NCBI RefSeq assembly: GCF_006345805.1
Contig: NC_043006.1
Span: 102,052,001-102,116,000, forward strand
Reading direction: 5' to 3'
Length of the DNA: 64,000 nucleotides
From: Octopus sinensis
Taxonomy: Eukaryota
Every line of letters begins with the position of its first letter. Positions within the stretch are counted from its first letter, which is position 1. The notes below the pieces were generated by a model, which saw nothing but the letters and a program-made list of their open reading frames with translations, was not told where the DNA came from and made no database searches. The position numbers and the translations under genes were made by a program. Below, in pieces: positions 1-12,798 of this stretch.

Positions 1-10
1 ACTGTCACTT

Positions 11-425
11 TTACTCTTTTACTCTTTTACTTGTTTCAGTCATTTGACTGCAGCCATGCTGGAGCACCACCTTTAGTCGAGCAAATCGACCCCAGGACTT
101 ATTCTTTGTAAGCCCAGTACTTATTCTATCGGTCTCTTTTGCCGAACCGCTAAGTGACGGGGATGGTAAACAAACCAGCATCGGTTGTCAAGCAATGCTA
201 GGGGGACAAACACAGACACACAAACACATACACACATACATATATATATATACATATATACGACAGACTTCTTTCAGTTTCCGTCTACCAAATCCACTCA
301 CAAGGCATTGGTCGGCCCAGGGCTATAGCAGAAGACACTTGCCCAAGATGCCATGCAGTGGGACTGAACCCGGAACCATGTGGTTGGTTAGCAAGCTACT
401 TACCACACAGCCACTCCTGCGCCTA
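11..425 (-). mobile_element. tRNA-derived SINE, family A (internal microsatellite, (GTAAAAGA)-like tail)
   Basis: The minus strand has an A-box-like TGGCTGTGTGGTAAG and a B-box-like GGTTCAGTCCC, a central TA/CA tract and the tail AAGTAAAAGAGTAAAAGAGT. Highly similar copies lie at 3669 and 62054. Confidence 0.9.
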
Positions 426-1374
426 AGTCTGTTGGAAATAGCAGTTAAAATTTTCAAGTTACACCCTCTTATCTCCAAAATACAAAGATACATTGAATAA
501 AGTAGGTTTAAATAAGATACACTATGACTGAATGAAAGATTGGACGGTCACAGTTGGAATGTCTTTGTTCATATGTTTGTTCAGTCATGTCTGACCTGTG
601 GTTGAACAACAACTACTACTACTACTCCTAGTCGTTTGGCCATTATAGTTCCTCAACCTGAACTAAAACCATTCATTGATCTTTTGCTTTTGCTGCATCT
701 ATTATGACATATCATTATGATTTATCTTTTCTCTCTTCTCTCTCTCTTTGCTATCTAATTCTATCTCTCTGTCTCCCACCCACCCCTCTCTCTCTCTCTC
801 TCTCTGCTAAATACTTCTTTCTTTTGCTATCTGTTTCTCCAGATCAGAATTTTGTTGTTTGTATTTCTGTCTAATCTCTAAAACACTTTCTGTTTCATTG
901 AATATTTTTCTCTTAGTTAATTTTATCTGTGATAAAAAAAAAAGAAGAAAATAAAAGGAAACAAACACATACACACTCTCTTCCTTCCCCTCATATACAT
1001 ACACATGCATACACACACACACACACACACACACTTTCGAATATATTTGTGTTTATACATGCTGACATACACATGTATGTATGTGTATGAACTATTTCTT
1101 GTGTGACTAAATTGAATCACCTAGCAAAAGAAATTCTTGCTTTGATCATTTCAGATAATGAAATAGTAATTTTGTGTTATAATTTAAATTTGTCTTATAC
1201 TTAAGAAAAAAAAAATAAATAAATAAAAGACTAAGCAATGCTGTAAAATAAGAGGTTTTAGTTGGAAAAAGACGGTGGGTAAAATTATTGGAAATAAAAG
1301 AAGTAATTGAAAATATATTTGCTTTAATTCTGTTTTACATTGATATTGATTTTGTTCTACAAGATCTGTATTGT

Positions 1375-1775
1375 TGTTGTTACTACTACTACTACTACTG
1401 CTACTAATACTTTGATTATTACTTCCATTGCTATTCTATGATAAATTATTACTACAACTTCTACAAATAGTACTATTGCTTCTAGTGTTACAAATACTAA
1501 TGCTGTAGCTGTTGCTGTGACTACAACTCAACACAAATACACATTCGCTACTACCATCATCACCATCATCACCATCTGCAACTACCGCTACTACTACCAC
1601 TTCCACCACCAGTACTATCTTTACCTACTACTACTACTACCACCACCAGTACTATCTTTACCTACTACTACTACTACTACTACCACCACCATGGCTATTT
1701 CCAATGCTCTAACTATTGTGATGACTACTACTATTGATGATGATGATGATGATGCTACTACTACCACTCCAATGA
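1375..1775. repeat. Compound trinucleotide low-complexity tract (CTA/CAC/GAT)n
   Basis: Runs of tactactac, caccatcat and gatgatgat are visible. They produce the spurious poly-Thr ORF 1517..1996. Confidence 0.9.
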
Positions 1776-1857
1776 TACTAATATTACTCATACAAATACA
1801 TAACCAATCTTCACTAACTCACTCTCTCACTCTCACACAAACACAATCATTTATTGT

Positions 1858-1920
<63 letters not shown>

Positions 1921-3233
1921 TGTTGTGGCAAAGAAAATTGCAGAAAAGGAAATGTTTCATTTCATCTTTGAGACGGTAGTTTTGACTTTTATATAAAATT
2001 TCTGTTTGAAATGGTGATTTGTTTGCCTTACCATAGCAGTTTTCATTATATTTATTCTTCTCTTTCACATATATCAACTTTATCATTAAACACGATTCAT
2101 ATTGTGGTTTGTTTGTTTTCTATGTTGCTTTTATTTTTCTTCCAAATATTTCTTCTTTTCAAATCATTTACTTCTTTTCCAAAATATTTTTCTCCAAACT
2201 TCTCTAACCTTTAAATTAATTTTCTTTTCTTTCAATTCATCTTTTAAATCAAAATCTTTCAGTTCTTCTGTTAATTCTTATTTTGTTTGCAACTTTCCAT
2301 TTGCTCTCAATGCATTTTTTTTTGTCTTGTCTTTTTCTTTCTGCTTAATTTCCTTGCAGTTTTGAAGTAGTACTACAACCATTTTGGCACTATCAGGATA
2401 AACTAAAGACAAGACTACTTTTACTGTAAACTTATTAACAAAGAAACTTTCATTTATTTATTCTTATTTCATGAAACTAAATACATTTGCAATCGTTACC
2501 AATCTTCAAGACTAGTATATTGTTTCTATGATTGCTACCAACACTGACATTAGAGCAGACAAGTTTGCATTACATCATTGAAGGGTGTATGTATGTGTGT
2601 GTGTGTGAGAGAGATACCAATTTTAATGGTAGATATCAGCTAAAGACAGTGAAAGAAATCAGTTGAAACTTCATCATATATATGCTGTAGGAAATGTGTT
2701 GTGTAGTCACAGGTTTCTTCATATCTATTTCTTTAACAATGTAATTTAATAAATTCAGAATTATGTTTGGTTTACTGAAATGATGACATCTGACAGATGT
2801 CTGAAAATACAGAGTGATGTGATGAAGTTACATCTACATATTTGCACTACATGTAACTAATATATATATATTAAAGATATGTACAATCCTGACCCACAGA
2901 ACATACTGTCTTTTCACTCTTCTTTTACTAGAATGGCCTCTGCTCTTCTGTACAGGCTAGTTGCATACCACCTTTGCCCAGGGCCATCTCACATTGAGTC
3001 ACCAAGATAGCTTTTATGTGGCCTCTCAGTTTGCTGAAAATGGTAAAGAGATATATAATTCCTCTCTGAAATTTCCTTCCCTCCTACTTCTTTTTTACAA
3101 ATGCTCAAATGATGCATCAACCATATAAATCTTATGAGTCTGAGAAGGCATTCAATGGTTAACTGGCACTGCTCCGTCCTCTTAACTTAATCATACAAAA
3201 TTCACTCTAGTTGTGGGGTTAATGTGTACAATG

Positions 3234-3276
<43 letters not shown>

Positions 3277-3668
3277 TATATATAATATTAATTAGAGACA
3301 AAACCACTATTTTGCAAAACAACAAGGAAACAAACAAGATTGTCGATCAGGACAAGAAACAATTGTAGTGGCGGTTTTTTTGACTTTTTATTAAAATTTT
3401 ATGTATTGATTAAGTCTTTCCTTGTTTGTTTTGCAAAATAGTGGTTTTGTCTCTAATTAATATTATATAATATTTTACTATAAAATTGGATTTAATCCTA
3501 AATCTGATTTTTCCCTGTAAATTTGGATTTATTCCTAATATTTATTATTATATATATATATATATATGATATATATATATATAATATATGTATATATATA
3601 TATGTTATATATATATATATATATGTATATATATAAAATGTATGTATTGTAAATATTGTTTTGTATAG

Positions 3669-4077
3669 TAAGCAGGAGTGGCTGTGTGGTAAGTAGCTTG
3701 CTTACCAACCACATGGTTCCGGATTCATTCCACCTGCGTGGCACCTTGGGCAAGTGTCTTCTACTATAGCCTCGCGCTAACCAAAGCCTTTTGAGTGGAT
3801 TTGGTACACGGAAACTGAAAGAAGCCTGTCATATATGTGTATATATGTATGTATATGTATGTGTGTGTATATGTTTGTGTGTCTGTGTTTGTCCCCTCAA
3901 CATCGCTTGACAACCGATGCTGGTGTGTTTACGTCCCCATAACTTAGCGGTTCGGCAAAAGAGACTGATATAATAAGTGCTAGGCTTACAAAGAATAAGT
4001 CCTGGAGTCGATTTGCTTGACTAAAGGTGGTGCTCCAGCATGGCCGCAGTCAAGTGACTGAAGCAAGTAAAAGAGTA
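3669..4077 (+). mobile_element. SINE family A, full length
   Basis: Head GCAGGAGTGGCTGTGTGGTAAG, internal (TA/TG)n, tail GTAAAAGAGT. It is the reverse complement of 11-425. Confidence 0.9.
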
Positions 4078-5879
4078 ATTATGCATTTATTAGTCTGTCC
4101 AGATGAAAATGGCTGCTACCCAACATCATGGCTATAATAAACATTTGTATTTATGATAAAAAATATTCCAATTTAGAAAAAAATATTTGTTTCATTGTAA
4201 CCTGGAAAATCAAATTTAAAACCAGTAAGAATATTTTAAAATTTACTTAGAATTTGTTCTTAGACTAATTTCAACAACTCATCAGGACTGTTAAAGGCTA
4301 CATTTATTAAACAAGCACAAGTTTTGCTAATGTCCCACTTTGTGACATTAAAATATATAATCTGTTTCCTTTGAAGTATTAAGTACTACAAAATTTCAAT
4401 CTAGTTTTTGTGATTAAGGTTTTGATTGAGAGTAATAGCTGTTCTACTTTCAACCTTATATGATTCCACGAAAGATCTAAAAGATTATTGTATATTTGTT
4501 AATTCTAAAAAATGGTATTATCTCTAAAAGGATATAAAAGAGGAATAACATAAAACAAAGAAATTAATGGATAACACTTTCAGAAAAATTTAACTTAGTT
4601 TTTTATAGTATGTAAAACCATTAACATTTTTTTTTTGATTTGTATTGAAATTAAATTAGGGTTTGAAACGAAGCAACGGTTTTGATAAAGTATTATTAAG
4701 TAAAATGATAACATTTCGTTTTATTGTTTCCTCTAAAATAAGTATTCCACCAATATAGTTTTATATATAAAAAAATTAATATTTGGATCAATACTTTAGG
4801 CTCTATAGAAAAGCAATACAATATTAAACAAAAGATTGGTAGACTAAGTATTAGCACGCTAAAGCACAGAAGCCAAACCATCACAGTTCCAGATACAAGA
4901 TTCTTAGAAGCAAGTCCTGCCTAGTTATTTATATAATACCAGTTTTTAAAAAACATCTCATTGTATATAACACTGGCCATTTAGAAAACAAAACATGACA
5001 TTGGACAACATTGTTATAAATGGTGGTATTTTGTTAGGTATCTATTATCTGCAAAGAAGTTTCTCTACAACATGTATCCATACCTTAACAGTTGATGATT
5101 TAATCTGCTCTAATAGTTGTGGGGTATTGTGGGTACTGAAGCAAGATGTGCTGAACACTACAATCAGGTAAAATTAAATATTGCTTCATGAAATAACTGC
5201 AATATCTTTAAATGATGGTACACTGTATTTCTACATAATGAAGAAATTATTAAAGTGATAAAATGGGAGATGAATGGAATACTTTCATTATTTAAGCTTA
5301 ATTGTATACAATAAATTCATTATTTATTCTGTTAAACTCACCTGCACAAAAGAGATCTTGTGTCCACATACCCTACCTTATGTCACCATCAGAACTTTTA
5401 AGACTATAGGAATATATAGGGATGATGAGAGGAAAGGAATTGCATTGAGGCATATACCTACCAAAAGACAAGCACTAGTTCTTTCCTTAAACCAATCATA
5501 AATGTTAATGCTGCATGTTTTAAGTCTATAAATTGACCAAATTAGATTTCAACCACATGTAAAATTATTTAACAGTAACAGGCAATCAAAAAACAAATAA
5601 AATTAGAACAATAATTTGTGATCAGTAATCTGTAGTCACTTATAACTACCTATGTTGAGTGGTTACAGTTTTCACCAAGGAAAAACTGACTATTTACAGC
5701 TAGTTGTCTATTCTGTTTCATGGTGAATATGAAGCCTACATGGAGTGTATATTCATCTGATTGATAAGTGATGATGTCGTGGGCCTGTTCCATGATGTTT
5801 GTGTTGCCATCAGTTCACCTCTATACCAACATCTCTAAAATTTCTCCTAATCAACCTTTTTCCATGTTAGTGCTTATTA

Positions 5880-6240
5880 GAGTAGCCCCAAAGTTTTGCA
5901 CTTCAAAGTATAAAGGGGACTTTCCAAAGGTGGGTGGAGTGTTTGATGTCTGTTTTCTGCATCTGTTGTATGAGTGTTGATGATGAATGAGATGTTTTCA
6001 CACATGGCTAAATGTTCCCTCTTAGTTATTCCAATATCCTTGTACAGCATTATCATGGTGAAAATTAGTCTTGTTAATGTATTTAGGATGTGCTGTTGTA
6101 TTGGGAATGGCCATGACGTTGGCATAGTTTTATTAATCAGCTGCCATTCTTGTCATCAACCATTTTGTTGTATGGACTGAGTGCATTTTTTTTGTAGAAA
6201 AAGTATCAGTGCTAAAGCATCCTCTCCACACCATATCAAC
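5880..6240 (-). pseudogene. Heavily decayed Tc1/mariner-like transposase remnant
   Basis: Minus-strand fragments in shifting frames read MVWRGCFS (cf. Tc1 MVWGCFS), QQHILNTL, FHHDNA (cf. FQQDNA) and HLWK. There are many stops and no TIRs were found. Confidence 0.35.
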
Positions 6241-7050
6241 CTTTATTCAGTTACTGATTTCCTATACAGGTTACCTTTGTGGTTTCTTGCAGAGTTAATG
6301 TCTCCCTCACTGAGTGTCCAACATTTTAGGTAGCTCAGAAGTCATAACTATCTCTATGATGTGGAGATTGGGCAGTTTAGTTCTCAACAGACTGGTGGTT
6401 GAAGTCCATTATTTGTTAGGCATAAAGGCCACTTTCATTTTGTAAGCAGGTGGGAGATATAGGGACTGTCAGAGATAAGGTTGTCTCCACAGAGCAACAT
6501 AGTTTAAGCTGCCAGGGGGGCATATCCTGATAGTTCTCTGTGAAAGTGGTGTTGGTGGGGTTATTAAAATGACATGTAAACAGACCAGGAGTTTTGGTAG
6601 GCATAAAACTACCCCTTAGTCACCACTGCTCCTAGATTCACTGAGATTTGGGATGAGAGTACCTGTAAAGAGCCCCTGATGGGTCAAAGAGCAGAAGATG
6701 CTGGGGCACATATGACTCAGAGGAAAACTGGTCTTGGGTTATGTGACACTCAGGCCCACCAGTGTGTAGACATGCTTTGATGTCACATTAACCATTACCT
6801 TTGCATAAATATTTAAACAGGTACCATGTCTGAAGGGTAAGCTTGGGAGAGTAAGAAACTAGCAGAGCAAACCATCAATAATTTAGTAGAAGGCAATGAG
6901 AAACCACTTTCCCTAGAGAAATCAGGAATCCTCAGACACAGGCATGATAAACCATGATAGCTGACATTTGTAAAATAGATATGGCTCATGAAGAGAAAAA
7001 AAGAAGTAGAATATGGACAGTTCATCCTTTTTAAATTTACTTATTTTCAA

Positions 7051-7645
7051 TGGAGAGGTAGACCCAGGAAGACATGGAATGAGGTGGTCAAGCATGACCT
7101 TCAAACGTTGGGCCTCACAGAAGCAATGGCGAAAGACCGAGATCTCTGGAGATATGCTGTGACTGCAAAGACCCAACAACATGAGTTCATGGATGTTTCC
7201 TGCATCAGTTTCGCATAGCCCCAGCCCATCCAAAGTACCTTGGATTGCAGAATGACCTGCTGTGCTTACCTTGGATTGTAGGGTGACCTGCTGTGCTTAC
7301 CTTGGATTGTAGGGTGACCTGCTGTGCTTGAGGAGACCTATTGTGTCAAGTACATCAACATCAAAATAGATATCAAATGGAAATTTTAGTTGTGATACCT
7401 GTGCCGGTGGCACATAAAAGGCACCAACCGATTGAGGCTGCTGCCAGCCTCCCCTGGCACGTAAAAAGCACCCACTACATTCACGGAGTGGTTGGCATTA
7501 GGAAGGGCATTCAGCTGTAGAAACACTGCCTGATCAGACTGGAGCCTGGTGCAGCCTCCTGGCTTCCCAGACCCCGGTCGAACCGTCCAACCCATGCTAG
7601 CGCGGAAAACGGACGTTAAATGATGAGGATGATGAGGAGGAGGAC
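7051..7645 (+). mobile_element. RTE-clade LINE, 5'-truncated 3' end (ORF C-terminus plus 3' UTR)
   Basis: RGRPRKTWNEVVKHDLQTLGLTEAMAKDRDLWR is a typical RTE C-terminus. The 3' UTR ends in a TGATGAGGA short-repeat tail. Confidence 0.85.
7236..7328 (+). repeat. 31-bp tandem repeat x3
   Basis: TACCTTGGATTG(C/T)AG(AA/GG)TGACCTGCTGTGCT starts at 7236, 7267 and 7298. Confidence 0.95.
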
Positions 7646-7970
7646 AATAGTAAAAAATCAATGTTTCAACACATTTAAAAGAACACTGATAATCTATTTT
7701 AATGCTTTTCAGAAAGCTTTGCTTGTATAGTTTACATAAAAAATGTTGTTAGGGCTATTTTGTTTGCTTTATGATGTTTAACATTCATTCATTCCTTGCT
7801 AGCATAGATGGAATGCTCTTTTTGTTGTTTTTAATTTTCATATTGTTGGAGCAGTTGTTAACTACGAAAACAGGAAATGAAGCTTTTATCAACGAAAAGC
7901 TGCATCAATGCAGTCACCATGAACATCAAAGTTTTTATTTGCACCAAGTGGAGAGGAATAAACTGAGTAT

Positions 7971-8312
7971 GCTGAGACCCCCTTCGGTCATGAGTGATGA
8001 TGGGATTGCACCTAGAATGTTACCCTCCCAGGCACAAGTCCAGGCAAGGTTGTTTTATGGAAGACCAGCAGTCACCCATGCATACAGGCCTCCCCTCTCC
8101 ATGCCACCAGTGTTATCCAAGGGAAAGGCAAAGGGGCCGATACAGCTTGGCGCCTGTGATGTTGCAACTCATTTCTACAGCTGAGTGAACTGGAGCAATG
8201 TGAAATAAAGTGTCTTGCTCAAGAACACAACACGCAGCCCGGTCTGGGATTCGAACTCACAACCTCACGATCGTAAGCTCGACGCTCTAACCACTGAGCC
8301 ATGCGCCTTCAC
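7971..8312 (-). mobile_element. tRNA-derived SINE, family B
   Basis: The minus strand has A box TGGCTCAGTGG (8291-8301) and B box GTTCGAATCCC (8246-8256), then the body TTGTGTTCTTGAGCAAGACACTTTATTTCAC. A related copy lies at 54680. Confidence 0.9.
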
Positions 8313-9426
8313 AAACTAAGTATAATGACTATAATAAAGGAGTTTCAGTGTATTCTAGGTGCAGGCTGTGTGACAAAAGACATCTAATATAAGCAAATTA
8401 TAAGGAGCACTGCAAGGTGCAAGGTAGGCACTTTCGTGGAGAAATTAGGGTGTATTGAGAAGAAAAAGGTTATTGGAAATTCATCTACTCATTAGCAAAA
8501 TGACAAGATGAGAGTTGCATAGACATATAAAGCTTCTGTGTGAACCCTTATCTAATCTGTAGCCATAGAGAGAAATTCATATAAAAATTAGCTGCTGTAA
8601 TTAATATGATATTTGTTCATTATTTTGAAGAATGCAATGTTTTCTTAAACTTTCTTCACTTTCCAAGATTCTTTAAAGTTCCACAAAAAAAGTCTAAAAA
8701 CTCACTATATTTTCTATTGAATTCAAATTTCATTAGTATTTTTCTTAATTACTCTTCCTCTTTGAAGTGACTACTTAGTAAAATGTCTTTTGACTCATTT
8801 AGACAGATAACATAACATCTTAATCAATCTTATTAGCTACACTGAAATTTTTTTTTTTCTTCCTAATTATGTTATTCTCTTTTCCCATCCACTTTTTATT
8901 AATTATACATGTAAACCTGTTAATTGTAAAGTATAACATTAATTAATTTTGATTATATTGTGTTAGAGCCAAATTCCATCCACTATTGCTGTATAAGTGT
9001 GTGCATATGTATATGTTCGTGTATGCATATATGTGTATGTGTCTGTTTGTATGTCTTTATATATCTATGTCTGCATGTAGTACATGAAGTAGTACATGGA
9101 TTCTGTACTATCAATTTCTTACCATTCCACATGTAACTGTTCTGTAAATTTCAAGAGAAATATGATGAATCATAGCAAACAAGAATTTATTGTTTCTCTT
9201 GGGAATCATATAATCATAGATCTATCTGAATCCGATACTTGTTTGTGGGAATTTTAGAACTTGATGTGGATTAGTAAACTAGTTTTTGTTTCTTCCTTCA
9301 GCCAGAGGGTCCTGTTCAAATTTTAAGTTAACATGAACATTTACGGTCCAAATTTCATTATTTATTTGACTCTGTATTTCTGTTGAGGCTCAGTTACCAA
9401 CTATGTTAGTTGTGGGTTGTGTGCTG

Positions 9427-9632
9427 TTTAAACTGGCCATATCTGGCTCAAATATTCCTGCTGTTTTTCAGACTGGCTACATTTGGCCTCTTACACCTAC
9501 CCTACAATGTCATTCTAAAACTAAACACACCACTGAAGGCTCATAGTTACAAGATAATGCATGATTAACTCAAAACAATGTGAATAAATAAGCATTTCAT
9601 TTGACTGACTAATCCGAATGCTAAAGGGTTAA
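9427..9632. mobile_element. piggyBac-like TTAA MITE (one end degenerate)
   Basis: Ends in AATGCTAAAGGGTTAA. It is the reverse complement of the copies at 32574 and 57633. Confidence 0.7.
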
Positions 9633-11042
9633 AGGAATTATAATACACAGCAAAATCTTTCTGCTGATTGGGACAATATTTAAATTGATGCTTCTACACA
9701 ACTGGAAAAAGCTGTTGTATGTGTGTAATTGTGAGATAATATTACTAAAGTGAATGTATTTTCAGCACAATCTCATATCAGAAAACAGAGCTCTATCTTT
9801 TAACAGCAAGTATATTCAAGAACCTCTAAGACTGCATTTATACTGTGTTTGGAATAGCTTTGGCATGGATGATTTTATACTACCTTAATGCAAACTATTA
9901 CAGGTGTCCCTCCAGGAAGGTGCCAAATAGATATCTACCTTACATGTTTAAATGGGAATAGAGGAAATTAAAGATGAAGAAAGAATTGACTTTTCTTTGT
10001 CAGGTATAATTATTACTTTGAATGTATTATTGAACATTTTATTATTCTCTCAGCTGTTCAAGTCAGAAGCATCTGCCAATGGTTTAAATAGACCCTTAAT
10101 GATCTATCAGTAAATAATTTTCTTTCCTGCTAAGCTATCACACAAATTTGCAAATGATTGGTTTACTGCTTTGCTTAAAGCACAATGGGGCCCCTGTGAT
10201 GGAAAACTCATAATTCTCTGGCTGAGAGTTAAATATCTTACCTGTTCAGACATTGGGACTATTCACAAAATAGAAAGTTAATGAGCTGAGGGAGTCACAT
10301 ATCTTATATGAAAATAATGCTCTTTTGAAATATTCTCTGTTACGTTTGCTTCAGTACTGATCGACTGTTATCAAACATGATGGCATCATAAATTGATAGA
10401 TGATAGCTAAAAATATTTTCAGGTGAACAAGGATTGAATTATTGAATCAAGGTTTATTAAGAGTATGGTTTTATAAGTAGAGAAATTATTTCAACTTTTA
10501 TAGATAATGGGTGAGTGCTTTTTGAGTATATTCATATGCTTTAATCTAACTAAATATGCCTCACAACAATGGTCAGCATTATTATTATCACTGTTGAGTT
10601 GATGACAATGATTGTGTATATTTAATTACTTACTCTGTTCAATTCACTGCTCTGACAGAAAACTTAGCAATCATCCTCTCAAATTAAAATGTCTTCTCTC
10701 CATTAAAATATTGAAGTTACAAGTCAAAATATTACCTGTATGTATACACTAAATGAACTTTCCTCCCAGCAAAAATATCTTTTGTGTGGTTGTTGTTATT
10801 ATAAGGAGAATTTTTAGGTTTTTTTTATGTAAGGTTTGATCTTAGTTGTTATAATTGAGTCTTCTGACTTTCTATGAGGATGGGTTTGTTTCTTTTTTTT
10901 TCTTTTCTTTTTTACCCTATTTTCATCTCCTAGCTTGCCATTTACCTAAAGAACCCTCTCACAATATGCTACTGCTCTTTGAAACATTGAAACTTTACAA
11001 TTCCATTTATTTCTTACACTATGCCTCCTTTTAATTATATTT

Positions 11043-11123
11043 GTTTATACATACATGCATGCACACATACATACATACATACATACATACATACACACAT
11101 ACATACATACATACATACATACA

Positions 11124-11152
<29 letters not shown>
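11043..11152. repeat. (ATAC)n microsatellite
   Basis: A long, near-perfect acatacatacat array. Confidence 0.95.
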
Positions 11153-11155
<3 letters not shown>

Positions 11156-12141
11156 GTATCTGTGTATGTATACACATACACTCTGTCGCATGCACACACA
11201 TTTTTTTTTACTATTATTTCTAAATTTTTACTATTATCTCTCTGCTATTGAATGAAAGGAAAGTGTTGATAATGGAATCTTGGCTTACACTTGAGCTGTT
11301 TTTATTGAAAAGTTGTATGGTAGTGAGAAAATAGCCCCAAGGTGGATACCAGAATTACTATGAATCTATTGTAAATAAGAACTTCTGCATGAAGTTCATT
11401 TTCTTCCTTTAAAACAATAACAAATCCTCTGCTATACCATTCTAAGAATTTATAGATTGTATTTTTTTTTTTTTGCTACTCCTATTATATTAGTTTACCA
11501 GAATGATACATCTAATCTATTCTGCTCACCAAATTACTTATTGTTGAAGATGCAAATGATGTAAGTAATACAATTGGTTAGAAGGTTTTTTTCAAAGAAG
11601 GAAATCAGTGTATATGGTTTATGTGTTAATACATTTCTGTTTGTGGCTATTTATGCACTTAGCTGAGTTTATGACATCAAAAATTATGTCCTGGAAAAAA
11701 AGTAACTTATTGTTAATCCATGTCTTGTGAATCTAATACACACACACTCACACATAAATATACACACAAACGCACACACACTCACACACATGTAAAGAAG
11801 AGTGCAAAGCCAATGTTAAATAGCTTTCAGAAAACTTACTTGAAAAGTAGACAAATGGGCTACAGAGCTGTATGACTACAAGAAAGCAGCTTACAATAAA
11901 GAAATAGCCATTATTTGGTTTGGTTAGAAACACAAAGTTATTAAATATCCACTTTGCTAGGCTATCATAATGTTAAGATATTTTCTTGTAAAAAGTTATG
12001 GGCATCTATGTGAGTGCCTTTATATGATGTCACATGCATCTCTGTATAATTTTCATCTGTATGTGTAAGGAAAGAGTTAAATATACAAGTAGACATTAAA
12101 ATAACGAATGCGAATTCACACAAATCTTGCAAGCAAACATA

Positions 12142-12480
12142 TGAAATGCGTTCAAAAAGTATCAATCTTTATTTTTTTCCTGCAAAAACTAATGCCATGT
12201 GGGCAAAATCTTTTGGTTGGAAGGTGACACCACTCTTCCTGCAAATGCCAGAAAATTTTCATACCAGTGGACCATGTCAGTCCCCAGTTGTTACACCTAG
12301 AGTACAGATGTGTAGCACACGCTCATCAAGTTTTCATTTTGACTGAACACATCAAGCAGAAATACTTTATCAAATTTTGCCAAAAGCTTAGTGATACTCA
12401 AGCTCAAACCATCCAGAAGATTCAGAAGGCCTTTGGCAATAATGTCATGGGCAAAATTCAGATCAAGGTATGGTGCAACC
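12142..12480 (+). mobile_element. Mariner 5' fragment (left end plus transposase N-terminus)
   Basis: TEHIKQKYFIKFCQKLSDTQAQTIQKIQKAFGNNVMGKIQIKVW matches the mariner N-terminal HTH region. A TIR-like GCGTTCAAAAAGTATC follows a TA. Confidence 0.7.
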
Positions 12481-12747
12481 TATTAAGATTCCTATATATA
12501 TAAGAATTTTTTGCATAATGAGATAAAAAAAAACCAAGGCTGTGTAGATATTAGAACATTTATAGATAGAAGGTCTTACAGCTGTTTCTAGGATATTTAT
12601 TAATTATATCCCTTCATCAGAGATTTGTGTGAGAGGATGGTAAAGTCATAGTTAGTTTAGATGTGATACAAAATAGAGAGTGAGGTGGAGGAAAGAAAAT
12701 AGATGTAAGATATGTATGGATATATATATATATATGGATATATATAA

Positions 12748-12798
<51 letters not shown>

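Noticed and set aside
1517-1996. 159-aa ORF rich in Thr/Asp/CV
   Set aside because: It is a translation of (CTA)n, (GAT)n and (TG)n repeats.
5877-6125. LINE reverse transcriptase reading of this ORF
   Set aside because: No QG/SP or YADD motif was found. Tc1-like motifs in shifted frames fit better, though weakly.
7236-7328. CRISPR-like array
   Set aside because: The 31-bp units are contiguous with no spacers, lie in a LINE UTR and are in a eukaryotic context.
8240-8312. tRNA gene
   Set aside because: The A/B boxes continue into a SINE body and I could not fold a complete cloverleaf. The same applies to the other tRNA-like heads.
11502-11560. Plus-strand micro-exon NDTSNLFCSPNYLLLKMQM (also candidates at 38771-38852 and 53976-54033)
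   Set aside because: The splice signals are plausible, but the phases do not chain and no peptide is recognisable. Such hits are expected by chance.
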